Assembly: GCF_031769215.1 (NCBI RefSeq)
Contig: NW_026782685.1
Coordinates: 434,001-498,000, forward strand
Reading direction: 5' to 3'
Origin: Ylistrum balloti
Taxonomy: Eukaryota
DNA: 64,000 nucleotides
In this document: positions 54,101-64,000 of the stretch, piece by piece
How positions within the stretch are numbered: position 1 is the stretch's first letter
How the letters are laid out: every line of letters starts with the position of its first letter
Program-made: the position numbers and the translations under genes
Notes under the pieces: model-generated
The model's database searches: none
What the model was told of the DNA's origin: nothing
The model's input: only the letters and a program-made list of their open reading frames with translations

Positions 54101-55131
54101 CTCATTTCAGTCTTGCCATACTTTCGCTTTTGAAGAGGAAAACAGTAACATGTAGTTCTCTTCTTTTTGTATTTAATTTTATCAGTTTAACTTAGACGGT
54201 GACGAAACAAAAATCATTATATTTTCTTTTTGCAGGCTATATTATGGACTCGACAGGAAACTATGACATTGGCATTGTCATAGCAGGTAAGTTCCTCAGT
54301 TTTGTATATATAACAACTCTATGTAAAGATCTGTTTATGCATAATCCTGTCCAAAATTTCCACATAACTATTTACTTTATTAGAAAGATATCACATTGAT
54401 TGAGCTTTTGAGTGTTTATATGAAGTCTCTCATTTCATTTCTATTCCCATACTTTTGAGAGAGTATAACTGGAAAAAGACCTAACTTGCTATACATCACA
54501 ACCTTCACCTTGAGGTGATCAAATGCGAGGTCCTGGTTAGCCTGTGAAGTCAGTTTCTCGCGTGCCATCTTAGGGAAGGCATTCGGAAAAAACATGAATA
54601 TACCTTATTCATTTTAACTGCTTTTGACCTATAACGATAACTGACATCAGTTCCTTGCATGACCGGGTTCTTCTTTACTGCCCTCTATGGTATGTTCTTT
54701 TTCATCGTTTGCACTACTAGATTTGCTATTTATTTTAATGTTCTTTTATGTTCGACCTACTTTATAGATTAAAGTACGAGGTTCGTCTTTGTCATGGTTG
54801 AGTGCTTACATTTTCCCGTCAGAGAAAACTTTAGTATAAGTAGATTGTGATTAGTACCTGTCATATCTTTCGTCAGGTATTCCATACACAATGCACAGTT
54901 AAGATTGGTTGGTATTTTTATTTACATTTGGATAATTATAGTAATCATGAATCACGTCTCGTTTGTTCAATTCTAGGTTTGTGCATAATAGCAGGAGCCA
55001 TTTTGACACTGATAGCAGAACTTTGTAATAATAAGAAAAAGAAAAGAGACGAGACTAAATGTGATGGCGAGTTTACAATATCACTGACCGAGGATGTATT
55101 GGAGAAACTGAAGGAGGAATGTGAACAATGA
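51145..55131 (+). CDS. SLC16/monocarboxylate transporter-like MFS protein (gene B), 5 coding exons, 441 aa
   Basis: Exons are 51145-51337 (193 bp), 51645-51788 (144), 52656-53438 (783), 54236-54286 (51) and 54977-55131 (155). Introns are GT-AG, phase 1, and the total is 1326 bp in frame. It has PDTGWSWVV, RRYSCRQV, NFKRNINLALG and GPPAVG. Confidence 0.93.
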
Positions 55132-55165
55132 TCCACAAATGATGAGTCGTTCTCAAATGAGGAAT

Positions 55166-55962
55166 CTGACAAAATGCTAGAGGTATTTCGGAAGTGAAGT
55201 TATACTTCATTTATCGACAAAGCTAGAGGTATCTCAGTAGTGAATTTATACTTCATATAACGACAAAGCTAGAGGTATCTCGGTAATGAATTTATACTTC
55301 ATATAACGACAAAGCTAGAGGTATCTCGGCAGTGAATTTATACTTCATATATCGCCAAGCTAGAGGTATCGCGGTAGTGAATTTATACATCATACATCGA
55401 CAAAGCTAGAGGTATCACGGAAGTGAAATTTTAAACATCATATATGGACAAAGCCAGAGGTATCTTGAAAGTGAATTTATACTTCATATATTGACAAAGT
55501 CAGAGGTATCTCGGTAGTGAATTTATACTTTATATAACGACAAAGCCAGAGGTATCTCGGTAGTGAACTTATACTTCATATATCGACAAACCTAGAGGTA
55601 TCTCGGTAGTGAATTTATATTTCATAAATCGACAAAGCCAGAGGTGTCTCGGTAGTGAACTTATACTTAATATATCGACAAAGCCAGAGGTATCTCGGTA
55701 GTGAATTTATATTTCATATATCGACAAAGCTAGAGGTATCTCGGTAGTGAATTTATACTCCATATAACGACAAAGGTAGAGGTATCCCGGTAGTGAATGT
55801 ATATTTCATAAATCGACAAAGCTAGAGGTATCTCGGTAGTGAATGTATATTTCATAAATCGACAAAGGTAGAGGTATCCCGGTAGTGAATGTATATTTCA
55901 TAAATCGACAAAGCTAGAGGTATCTCGGTAGTGAATGTATATTTCATAAATCGACAAAGCTA
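55166..55962 (+). repeat. 46-bp minisatellite, about 17 copies, starting 35 nt after the gene B stop codon
   Basis: The unit is cgacaaagctagaggtatctcggtagtgaatttatacttcatatat. Confidence 0.96.
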
Positions 55963-57289
55963 CTGTGTTTGTATTGTGTAAGTTATTCTGGCCAAAATAC
56001 CTAAAATCAAATTATACAACGCATATGACATTAAACAAATCACTGTAATAGGGACACTAGGTTATAATACTGTTTACAAATAATTGTTTATCAAAGAAAA
56101 ATATGTGTGACATGACTTACCAGCTAACTAAACAAACATTTTTATCATCCACAACAACTAACGATATATAATTATACTGTAATTAATTGAAATACCATAT
56201 AAGGAAATGTTTTCACTGCGTTAAAAAGGTTATTTAGATGTCAAGCGCGGTTTTTTAATTGTATTTAATAAAATAAAATGTACGATTAGTTCAGAATGTT
56301 GTATATTACATTTTATTGGCATATAGATTGAAGAAAAGGTAATAACGCATAACGTCACATTTTAAAGTGAAAATAGAAATAAAACCAGACCTGTATGTTT
56401 GTTTTTATATAGCCTATTTTCTCATTGCGCTTTATTACTTTTGATATTAAAAACAAGGAGGAAAATCGGAGACTAGTTCAGAAAAAAAGTTGTGTATAAG
56501 ATGAAAATTTCAAAATGTAATATTTACATAGAAAAGCAATTAATTGAAATTTAAATCTAAAGAAGATTCCTTTGACTTTACTAGTCCGGAGTAGTAACAG
56601 TCAGTTTTTTTTTCATCTGTATTAAACTGGTTGATTTCCGGGTCCGTATTGTGATCACAGCCATTCACTTTCCGGAGATGTTATTTCAACTGAAAAAAAT
56701 GTTACCTAAATATGAGGTTTCGCTAGTGGTATCACAATCTCACTCCTCGTCATCAAAGTCATAGGCATTGAAAATCACAGAAAATCATATAAATCTATAA
56801 CACCAATACAACAATATGACAAACATTATTTCCATGGATGATATTTTAACATAAAAACTGACTTTATGTTATCTATGTGGTACTATTGTAAATCGCGCAG
56901 GTGTCTACAACCATGCGCCCTTATACAGCTGCACACAAATCACCAGAAAAATGCCAATGGAACGTCAAAATAAGTGGACGAAATAGATTCCCAACCATTA
57001 AACATTGGAATATAAACTAAGTCATTCGCATCTTTCATCGGAAACAACAAATATTTTATAAGAATTTATTTCGCCCTACATTGCCAGTATACGACTGTAC
57101 GTATGTATAAATGTTCTTGTTTTAAATAACGCGATATACACACTTAGGAGTTATTTCCCTTCACACGTAAATCGTACGAGAAACTTGTGGAGGGAAAACA
57201 ACACCAAGAAAGTACCAACATGTCAACATAATCACCAATCCAAACTCAAATTCAATAACACTAGGTCAATACACGAACAAAAGAAAGAA

Positions 57290-58070
57290 CAGAGAACATT
57301 ATACCAGGTGTTTCAGAAGAGTAAGAGCCTTTTGCTTCTTGGTCAACCGAAGTAAATAACGTCACGTTCTCTAATGAGAACAAGGTATACAACGGAACCA
57401 AAAGGCAAACTAACGAACATTAAACACATCCAGCTTCATATCGCATAAAGAAATAGAATATTTCTCAATCAGATCACTATGGCGACCATATACTTCCCTG
57501 CAATTTTCATCAACCAGTTATTTTAAAACACTGTATTACGAATTTGTCCGTCAGTTGACGGAAATCAAGATCGTGGGTAGAGGCCCTTGAATATCGAATC
57601 AACTGTGACATGTAAACACCATAAGTTTGGGATGTAGGGATATTGATATCCAGAAATGGAAAATTCACAATAGGGAAATTGAAATCATCTTGATAATCAT
57701 ACAACTTGATAAAAACTGTCCATGTTTATTTTGGTGTAGGAAAAAATCAAGACAAGTAGCCGAAATGGAAGAGCTTGTAGTGTCTTTGACCTCCAAATCA
57801 GACGGGTTTATGCGATGGACGTGGTAAATGAATATTTTGGCATTTATATTTAAAGACAAGACGTCGTCAATATATCTGAAATTAAAACGAGGTCATAATG
57901 ACCTGTTTTGATGAGTTCTTCAATATATCAAGCCTCGTATGAAAACAAAAACAAGACTTCCCACAGAGGGGTCCATACCCATAGGTATGTCAATTGTTGG
58001 TGAGAAGATCTTATCACCGAAGTCGACGAATATCATATCAACCAGAGATAATCACGTTCATGAGTTCGCC
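57290..58070 (-). mobile_element. Decayed Penelope-like element (Naiad-type) RT C-terminal fragment plus 3' end
   Basis: The ORF 57704-57510 reads YDYQDDFNFPIVNFPFLDINIPTSQTYGVYMSQLIRYSRAS. An upstream IDIPMG-like motif is near 57990 and the shared 3' motif is at 57303-57350. Confidence 0.82.
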
Positions 58071-58689
58071 CTTTTTCAAGCGTGAAATACGTACTAATAA
58101 TGAAATACAAACAAATATTCGAAGCATGGTTATCACCATATAATCTATATTGTGTATCAAATACATACATATGCATTACGACTTATTTGAATTGAATACA
58201 ATTTTCCCCTTTAGAAAGATGACAGAACGGAATTTAAAGTGATATCTACATATAGCATCTCAGCTAAACGTAATATAAATAAATCAGCAGCGTAATGGAA
58301 ATGTTAATAAATGCTTGGTGAAAAAACTTTCTTGTAAAGTGTTCAATGGTTTGTATTTGAATATACAGAGAAAGCTGAGTTGTGAGATAGGGGAAAAATT
58401 ATCGCTTGTCTGCCTTCGTCTTTCAAGTGAACAAGCTGTTCACTGTCAGAGTGAAAAAATCTAAAAAATAATTTACGTTGGAAGCACTAAGTTCATAAAA
58501 AAGCGAGCTTCGTCTATTGGTGACCGTAGCATCTGGCATGAACGTTCTTCTGTCCTCAATTTCCAATTTTAAAATGATTTAACGATCACATACATTGATT
58601 CTGTTAGATTATGGAACTTTTTTTCATATCAGCTATCCATTAACAACTTTGAATCTTTAATTTTGATATCTTATCTTCATAGTCAGGTA

Positions 58690-58810
58690 AGGGGTAAAGG
58701 GTCACCTACCCGACCACGTGGGTTTTCCCCGGGTACTCCAGTTTCCTCTCTAAAAAAGGCTCTTCGTGCACTTACATTTGGGTCAACAAGAGTGGTTAAT
58801 ATCAACCGAT
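58690..58810 (+). mobile_element. SINE fragment with a conserved central-domain motif (V/Meta-type)
   Basis: gtgggttttccccgggtactccagtttcctc closely resembles the GGGTTTTCTCCGGGTACTCCGGTTTCCTCCC motif of widespread tRNA-derived SINEs. The tRNA head is not evident. Confidence 0.55.
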
Positions 58811-59680
58811 AGAACTCTCACCGTTTTATCTTAAAGATAGATTATATTATTACATACAAAATGTCGCATGCATGTAGTACAGTACATTGTAGTAGAAAAT
58901 ATACTCCCTTCAGATTAATCATTAAATGTTTTATAATTTATAAAAAAAAGTTTTTTCTTAGTTTCGAACATGTCTGGCTTCTTTTCTCTATAAAGATGTA
59001 AATCCACGTATATTTAACCAACACACATGAACATAAGATTATGATATTATATTAGAATGATTCCTATTTTTGTCTCAAACAAGAACATATTAAATGTTTT
59101 TGGAAGAGACCGAGGTTGGAATTTTTTCAAACAAAAAATACATTTATAAATAAAACAGAACTAGTTCTTTCTTTAATCTTGAAAACTTTAATTCCTCCTG
59201 AAATCCGCCAGTTTACGGCTATCATTAGCAAGTCGTACTAATTCATAAGAGGAATTAGTCACATGGCTAACCCGATTAACGACATACACTAAATTAAAAT
59301 ATTTCATTCCCAACTCATTTGTGTATCAGGGTTCGTTTTGATAATCATACAACTTATGATATGACTGTGTACATAATCTATGGCCGACATGTATAATGAT
59401 TGTGGCCAGTTTTATTAATCTATTGATATGTGACAAGCGTTTTTGGCATTAATACGCTTCAACAGAATGGCGTTATGTTTGAAGTATAGAACGTTCGACT
59501 TGGATTGAACGAAAATATGATATATGTAACAAGAATAGTGAGGTTTATACCTCAATAGTGACAAAGTTCGCCATATTGTAAACCAAACTGTGCGGTCAAA
59601 TATATAAACAAAGATGGCTGACATTTTCATGTTGGAGTGATTTTAACGGATGTAAAATCTGTTTGACGCGGCCATATCTA

Positions 59681-59688
59681 TGACGTCA
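59681..59688. promoter_or_regulatory. Perfect CRE palindrome TGACGTCA, 77 nt upstream of the 59765 ATG
   Basis: The exact octamer is present. Function is unproven, since an 8-mer is expected about once per window by chance. Confidence 0.25.
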
Positions 59689-59764
59689 CGATGGAACTAA
59701 AATGGATAATTAAACTTTGAACACTTAGTGAACTCTGGAAAATGTCTCAAGAAAACCAGTAATT

Positions 59765-60512
59765 ATGATATCACCTATGGAGAAAGCACCAGTCTCTAAA
59801 CGAAACAGTCAACACGGAATACACCCAGAGAGAATACCTCCACAAGGTATACCTTCAAACGGGATAACTGCACATGGGTTACCGTCAAACGGGATAACTG
59901 CACATGGTCTACCCTCAAACGGGATAACTCCACATGGTCTACCCTCAAACGGGATAACTCCACATGGTCTACCCTCAAACAGGATAACTACACAAGGGAT
60001 AACCCCGAATGGGATAACTCCACAAAGTACATGTATACACCCCAACGGGTTTACTCCAAATAGTATACCACCAAACGGGAAACCTCTTCATGGGCTACCA
60101 CGACACGGGAAACCTCTACAAGGTTCAACGGAACGAGATGGATTTCCGGTCCTGAGAAAAAGAAACGGATCTGGAAATCGAACGAAGGAAAATGACAAAA
60201 TAACACATCGGCACGTATTTCATACCAATGACTCAATTCCTACACTCCGAGAGGTTGATGAAAACAGACCGGAAACTCCTATCGTCAGAACACGACGGGA
60301 GCGTTATCAACTGGCAATGGAAGGCAAAACCGGAAATGGACGTCCAATAGTACCACGTGATACACAAGATGTATATTCCTCAAATGGGATGTATAAGAGA
60401 ATGTTAGCTTCGACTCCTTCAAATCCAGTCCGATCTGGAAAAAGCGGTAGTAGGTGTCCAACCCCAGTTCCCTTTGATCAGCCACTAACAAGACTCTGCT
60501 GGGACAACGGAG
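59765..60512 (+). CDS. Putative coding exon of an unidentified gene: Pro/Gly/Asn/His-rich 10-aa repeats (HGLPSNGITP) then a low-complexity region
   Basis: A 253-aa ORF, GC-richer than its flanks, with 30-bp in-frame repeats. It ends at a good donor (aacggag|gtaggt at 60512), three codons before the ORF stop. I recognise no homologue. Confidence 0.55.
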
Positions 60513-60634
60513 GTAGGTTAAATTGAAATATTATCCCTTCGTTACTCTAAAGATGTCTATTCGATGTGTCCTTTGAGTAATCCCATATGTCTGTCAGGAT
60601 TTTCATCCCTTTGCGCAACAGCACAGGTATTCCT

Positions 60635-63040
60635 GTCTACCTCAGGTCACCTCTCCCCTTTGTGTACTATGCCTACCTCAATTCACCTCTTTCCTCTGTG
60701 TACTATGCCTGCCTCAAGTCACCTCTCTCCTTTGTGTACAATGCTTACCTAAAGTCACCCCTCTCCTTTGTGTACTACGCCTACCTCAAGTCACCTCTCC
60801 CCTTTGTGTACTATACCTACCTCAAGTCACTTCTCCCCTTTGTGTACTATGCCTACTTCAAGTCACCTCTCCCCTTTGTGTACTATGCCTATCTAGAGTC
60901 CTCGCTCTCCTTTGTGTACTATGCCTACCTCAGGTCACCTATCCCCTTCCTGTACTATGCCTTCCTGAAATTACCTCTCAATTCTGTTAAATTTGTCTAC
61001 TTCAGATTACCTCTCCCCTCTGTATACTATGCCTACCTCTAGTCACCTCTCTCCTTTGTGTACTACGCCTACCTCAAGTCACCTCTCCCCTTTGTGTACT
61101 ATGCCTACCTCAAGTCACCTCTCCCTTCTGTTACCTATGTCTACTTCAGGTTACCTCACTCCTCTGTATACTATGCCTACCTCAAGTCACCTCTATATTT
61201 TGTGTACTATGCCTACCTCAAGTCACCTCTCCCCTTTGTGTACTATGCCTATCTAGAGTCCTCACTCTCCTTTGTGTACTATGCCTACCTCAAGTCACCT
61301 ATCCCCTTCCTGTACTATGCCTTCCTCAAATCACCTCTCCCTTCTGTTACCTATGTCCACTTCAGGTTACCTCACTCCTCTTTGTACTATGCCTACCTCA
61401 CGTCACCTCTCCTTTTTGTGTACTATGCCTACCTCAAGTCACCTCTTCCCTCTGTATACTATGTCTACCTCAGGTCACGTTTCCTCTATATATACTGTAT
61501 CTACCTCAGGTCACCTCTCCTCTTTATATACTGTGACTACCTCAGGTCACATCTCCTCTTTATATACTGTGTCTTCCTCCAGTCACCTCTCCCCTTTGTG
61601 TACTATGCCTACCTCAAGTCACCTCTCCCCTTTGTGTATTATGCCTATCTCAAGTCACCTCTCTCCTTTGTGTACTATGCCTACCTCAAGTCACCTCTTC
61701 ACTTCCTGTATTATGCCTACCTCAAATCATCTCTCCACTTTGTGCACTATGCCTACCTCAAGTCACTTCTCTCCTTTGTGTACTATGCCTACCTCAAGTC
61801 ACCTCTTCACTTCCTGTACTATGCCTACCTCAAGTCACCTCACCTCTTTGTGTACTATGCCTACCTCAAGTCACCACTCTCCTTTGTGCACTATGCCTAC
61901 CTCAAGTCACCTATCTCTTTCCTGTATTATGCCTACCTCAAGTCACCTCTCCCTTCTGTTAACTATGTCTACTTCAGGTTACATCTCCCCTCTGGGTACT
62001 ATGCCTACCACAAGTCACCTCTTAATTTCCTGTACTATGCCTACCTCAAATCACCTCTCTCCTTTATGTAATATATCTACCTCAAGTCACCTCTCCCCTT
62101 TGTGTAATATGCCTATCTAGAGTCATCTATCCCCTTCCTGTACTATGCCTTCCTGAAATCACCTCTTCTTCTGTTAAATTTGTCTACTTCAGATTACCTC
62201 TCCACTCTGTATACTATTCCTACCTCTAGTCACCTCTCTCCTTTGTGTACTATGCCTACCTCAAGTCACCTCTCCCCTTTGTGTACTATGCCTACCTCAA
62301 GTCATATCTCCCCTTTGTGTACTATGCCTACCTCAAGTCACCTCTCCCCCTTGTGTACTATGCCTACCTCAAGTCACCTATCCCCTTCCTGTACTATGCC
62401 TTCCTCAAATCACATCTCCCTTCTGTTAACTTTGTCTACCTCAAGTCACCTCTCTCCTTTGTGTACTATGCCTACCTCAAGTCAACTCTCCCCTTTGTGT
62501 ATTCTGCCTACCTCAAGTCACCTCTCCCCTTTGTGTACTATGCCTACCTCAAGTCACAAGTCATCTCTCTCCTTTGTGTACTATGCCTACCTGAAGTCAC
62601 CTCTCTCCTTTGTGTACTATGCCTGCCTCAGGTCTTTATATACTGTGACAACCTCAGGTCACGTTTCCTCTCTAAATACTGTGACTAGCTCAGGTCACGT
62701 TTCCTCTCTATATACTGTGAATACCTCAGGTCTCCTCTCCTCTTTATATACTGTGATCAGTGTGTCTACCTCTTGTATCTCTGACTACCTCTCTTTATAT
62801 ACTGTGACTACCTCAGGTCACCTCTCCTCTTTAGATACTGTGTCTACCTTAGGTCACCTCTCCTCTTTAGATAGTGTGTCTACCTCTGGTCATCTCTCCT
62901 CTTTAGATAGTGTGTCTACCTCTGGTCACCTCTCCTCTTTAGATACTGTGTCTACCTTAGGTCACCTCTCCTCTTTAGATACTGTGTCTACCTTAGGTCA
63001 CCTCTCCTCTTTAGATACTGTGACTATTACAGGTCACTTC
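60635..63040. repeat. 36-bp minisatellite, about 67 copies, with recurring variant blocks
   Basis: The unit gtcacctctcccctttgtgtactatgcctacctcaa grades into gtcacctctcctctttagatactgtgtctacctcag. It explains the (YAYLKSPLPFVY)n and (TSSHLSPLCTMP)n ORFs. Confidence 0.97.
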
Positions 63041-64000
63041 TATCCTCAATATGTTGAGAATGCCTCAGATCATCTCCCCTCCATTTATCACTGACGATAA
63101 CTAAAACTTATTGCCAATATCTATCCTCCAAACAGCTGTGAGCACTTTGTAATCGACTCAATGAAAACTGAAATGATGGAAGTAGATCTGTGACATAAAA
63201 GCTCAACTAATAACTCCATAAAAAAGAAAAGAAAAAACAAAATCAAAGTCTGTATTAAACAGACGGACTTCTACTCGGGCGTGGCATGTAGTTATCAGAA
63301 GTATATTTCTCGACATAGCGTCATTAATACATGGTGTCGCTATAGCGTCATATCATGGTATTAAGACAAGGGCATATTACGCGAGAAACAGATTTGTTAG
63401 AATGTCCTAAAAACTTCAATGAATTGTAAGAGATGTTTCCCTTCTCAAATTAATTGTTGGTGTGCGTTATTGTGCATAATATCCCGAAACTATTTCAACA
63501 TGAACCACAATAAAAACACATGGAAAGCTAATGTGTGTGATTATAATGTCTAAGCCGATTAAAGTTTGCATTATATATGGTTACTCTTCGGTGTTGGTTT
63601 AAAAATTAAATCTTAAGACAGATTAGTCCCAAAAACGTGACTGTCAAAGTATGGTCAGATTCAACTAAGCTCTTATTAGAAATATATATGTATATAGATA
63701 TATTGACCATAACAATTATAAATGCTGCGTAACGATGTGGCCAATATCATTCAATATATCAACTAGATACATTTAATGTAGCTTATTTTTTATATTTACA
63801 ATTAGATAAATAAAGAGTAAAATCGATAGCCATGTTGATCGAACTAGGCAGTACCAAAATCTGACATAGATTTTTAAAACACAGTTTAACCAGGCGAAGT
63901 AGAGGTCAGCTACTGGAGATCGAGGTCTGGCACTCAGGCGTTTGACAAGGGAATGGAAATATCATTTCAATAAATTTGATTTTACCACTGTATCTACAAT

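Noticed and set aside
60564-63094. Long ORFs (YAYLKSPLPFVY)n and mucin-like (TSSHLSPLCTMP)n
   Set aside because: Two frames are open only because the 36-bp unit lacks stops. Both are broken repeatedly by stops and shifts, and the array follows a splice donor.

Overview
AT-rich eukaryotic DNA, most consistent with a mollusc, probably a bivalve. This is inferred from the gene and repeat families, not from a database hit. There is one 177-N scaffold gap. The core is a cluster of three SLC16/monocarboxylate-transporter-like (MFS) paralogues sharing a 5-exon, all-phase-1 architecture. Gene A (minus, 17070-21695, 443 aa) and gene B (plus, 51145-55131, 441 aa) assemble into intact reading frames. 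Gene C (plus, about 33248-36480) is a pseudogene. Between them lie a near-complete CR1/L2-type LINE, a 5'-truncated RLE-type (HERO-like) LINE, several decayed Penelope-like elements (PLEs), other decayed LINE and DNA-transposon remnants, and six minisatellites. A 253-aa ORF near the right end looks like an exon of an unidentified gene. The main finds are: (i) a 14-copy 41-bp minisatellite built from the coding sequence of gene C exon 2; (ii) a 90-bp in-frame tandem duplication of the exon-2 splice acceptor of gene A; (iii) a LINE ORF2 leader whose 2A-like StopGo motif seems cut out by a small deletion; (iv) a decayed minimal hammerhead-like motif next to a Penelope endonuclease fragment. I see no prokaryotic systems, CRISPR arrays, rRNA or tRNA genes. 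I cannot claim a wholly new biological system. All coordinates, translations and alignments were done by eye.
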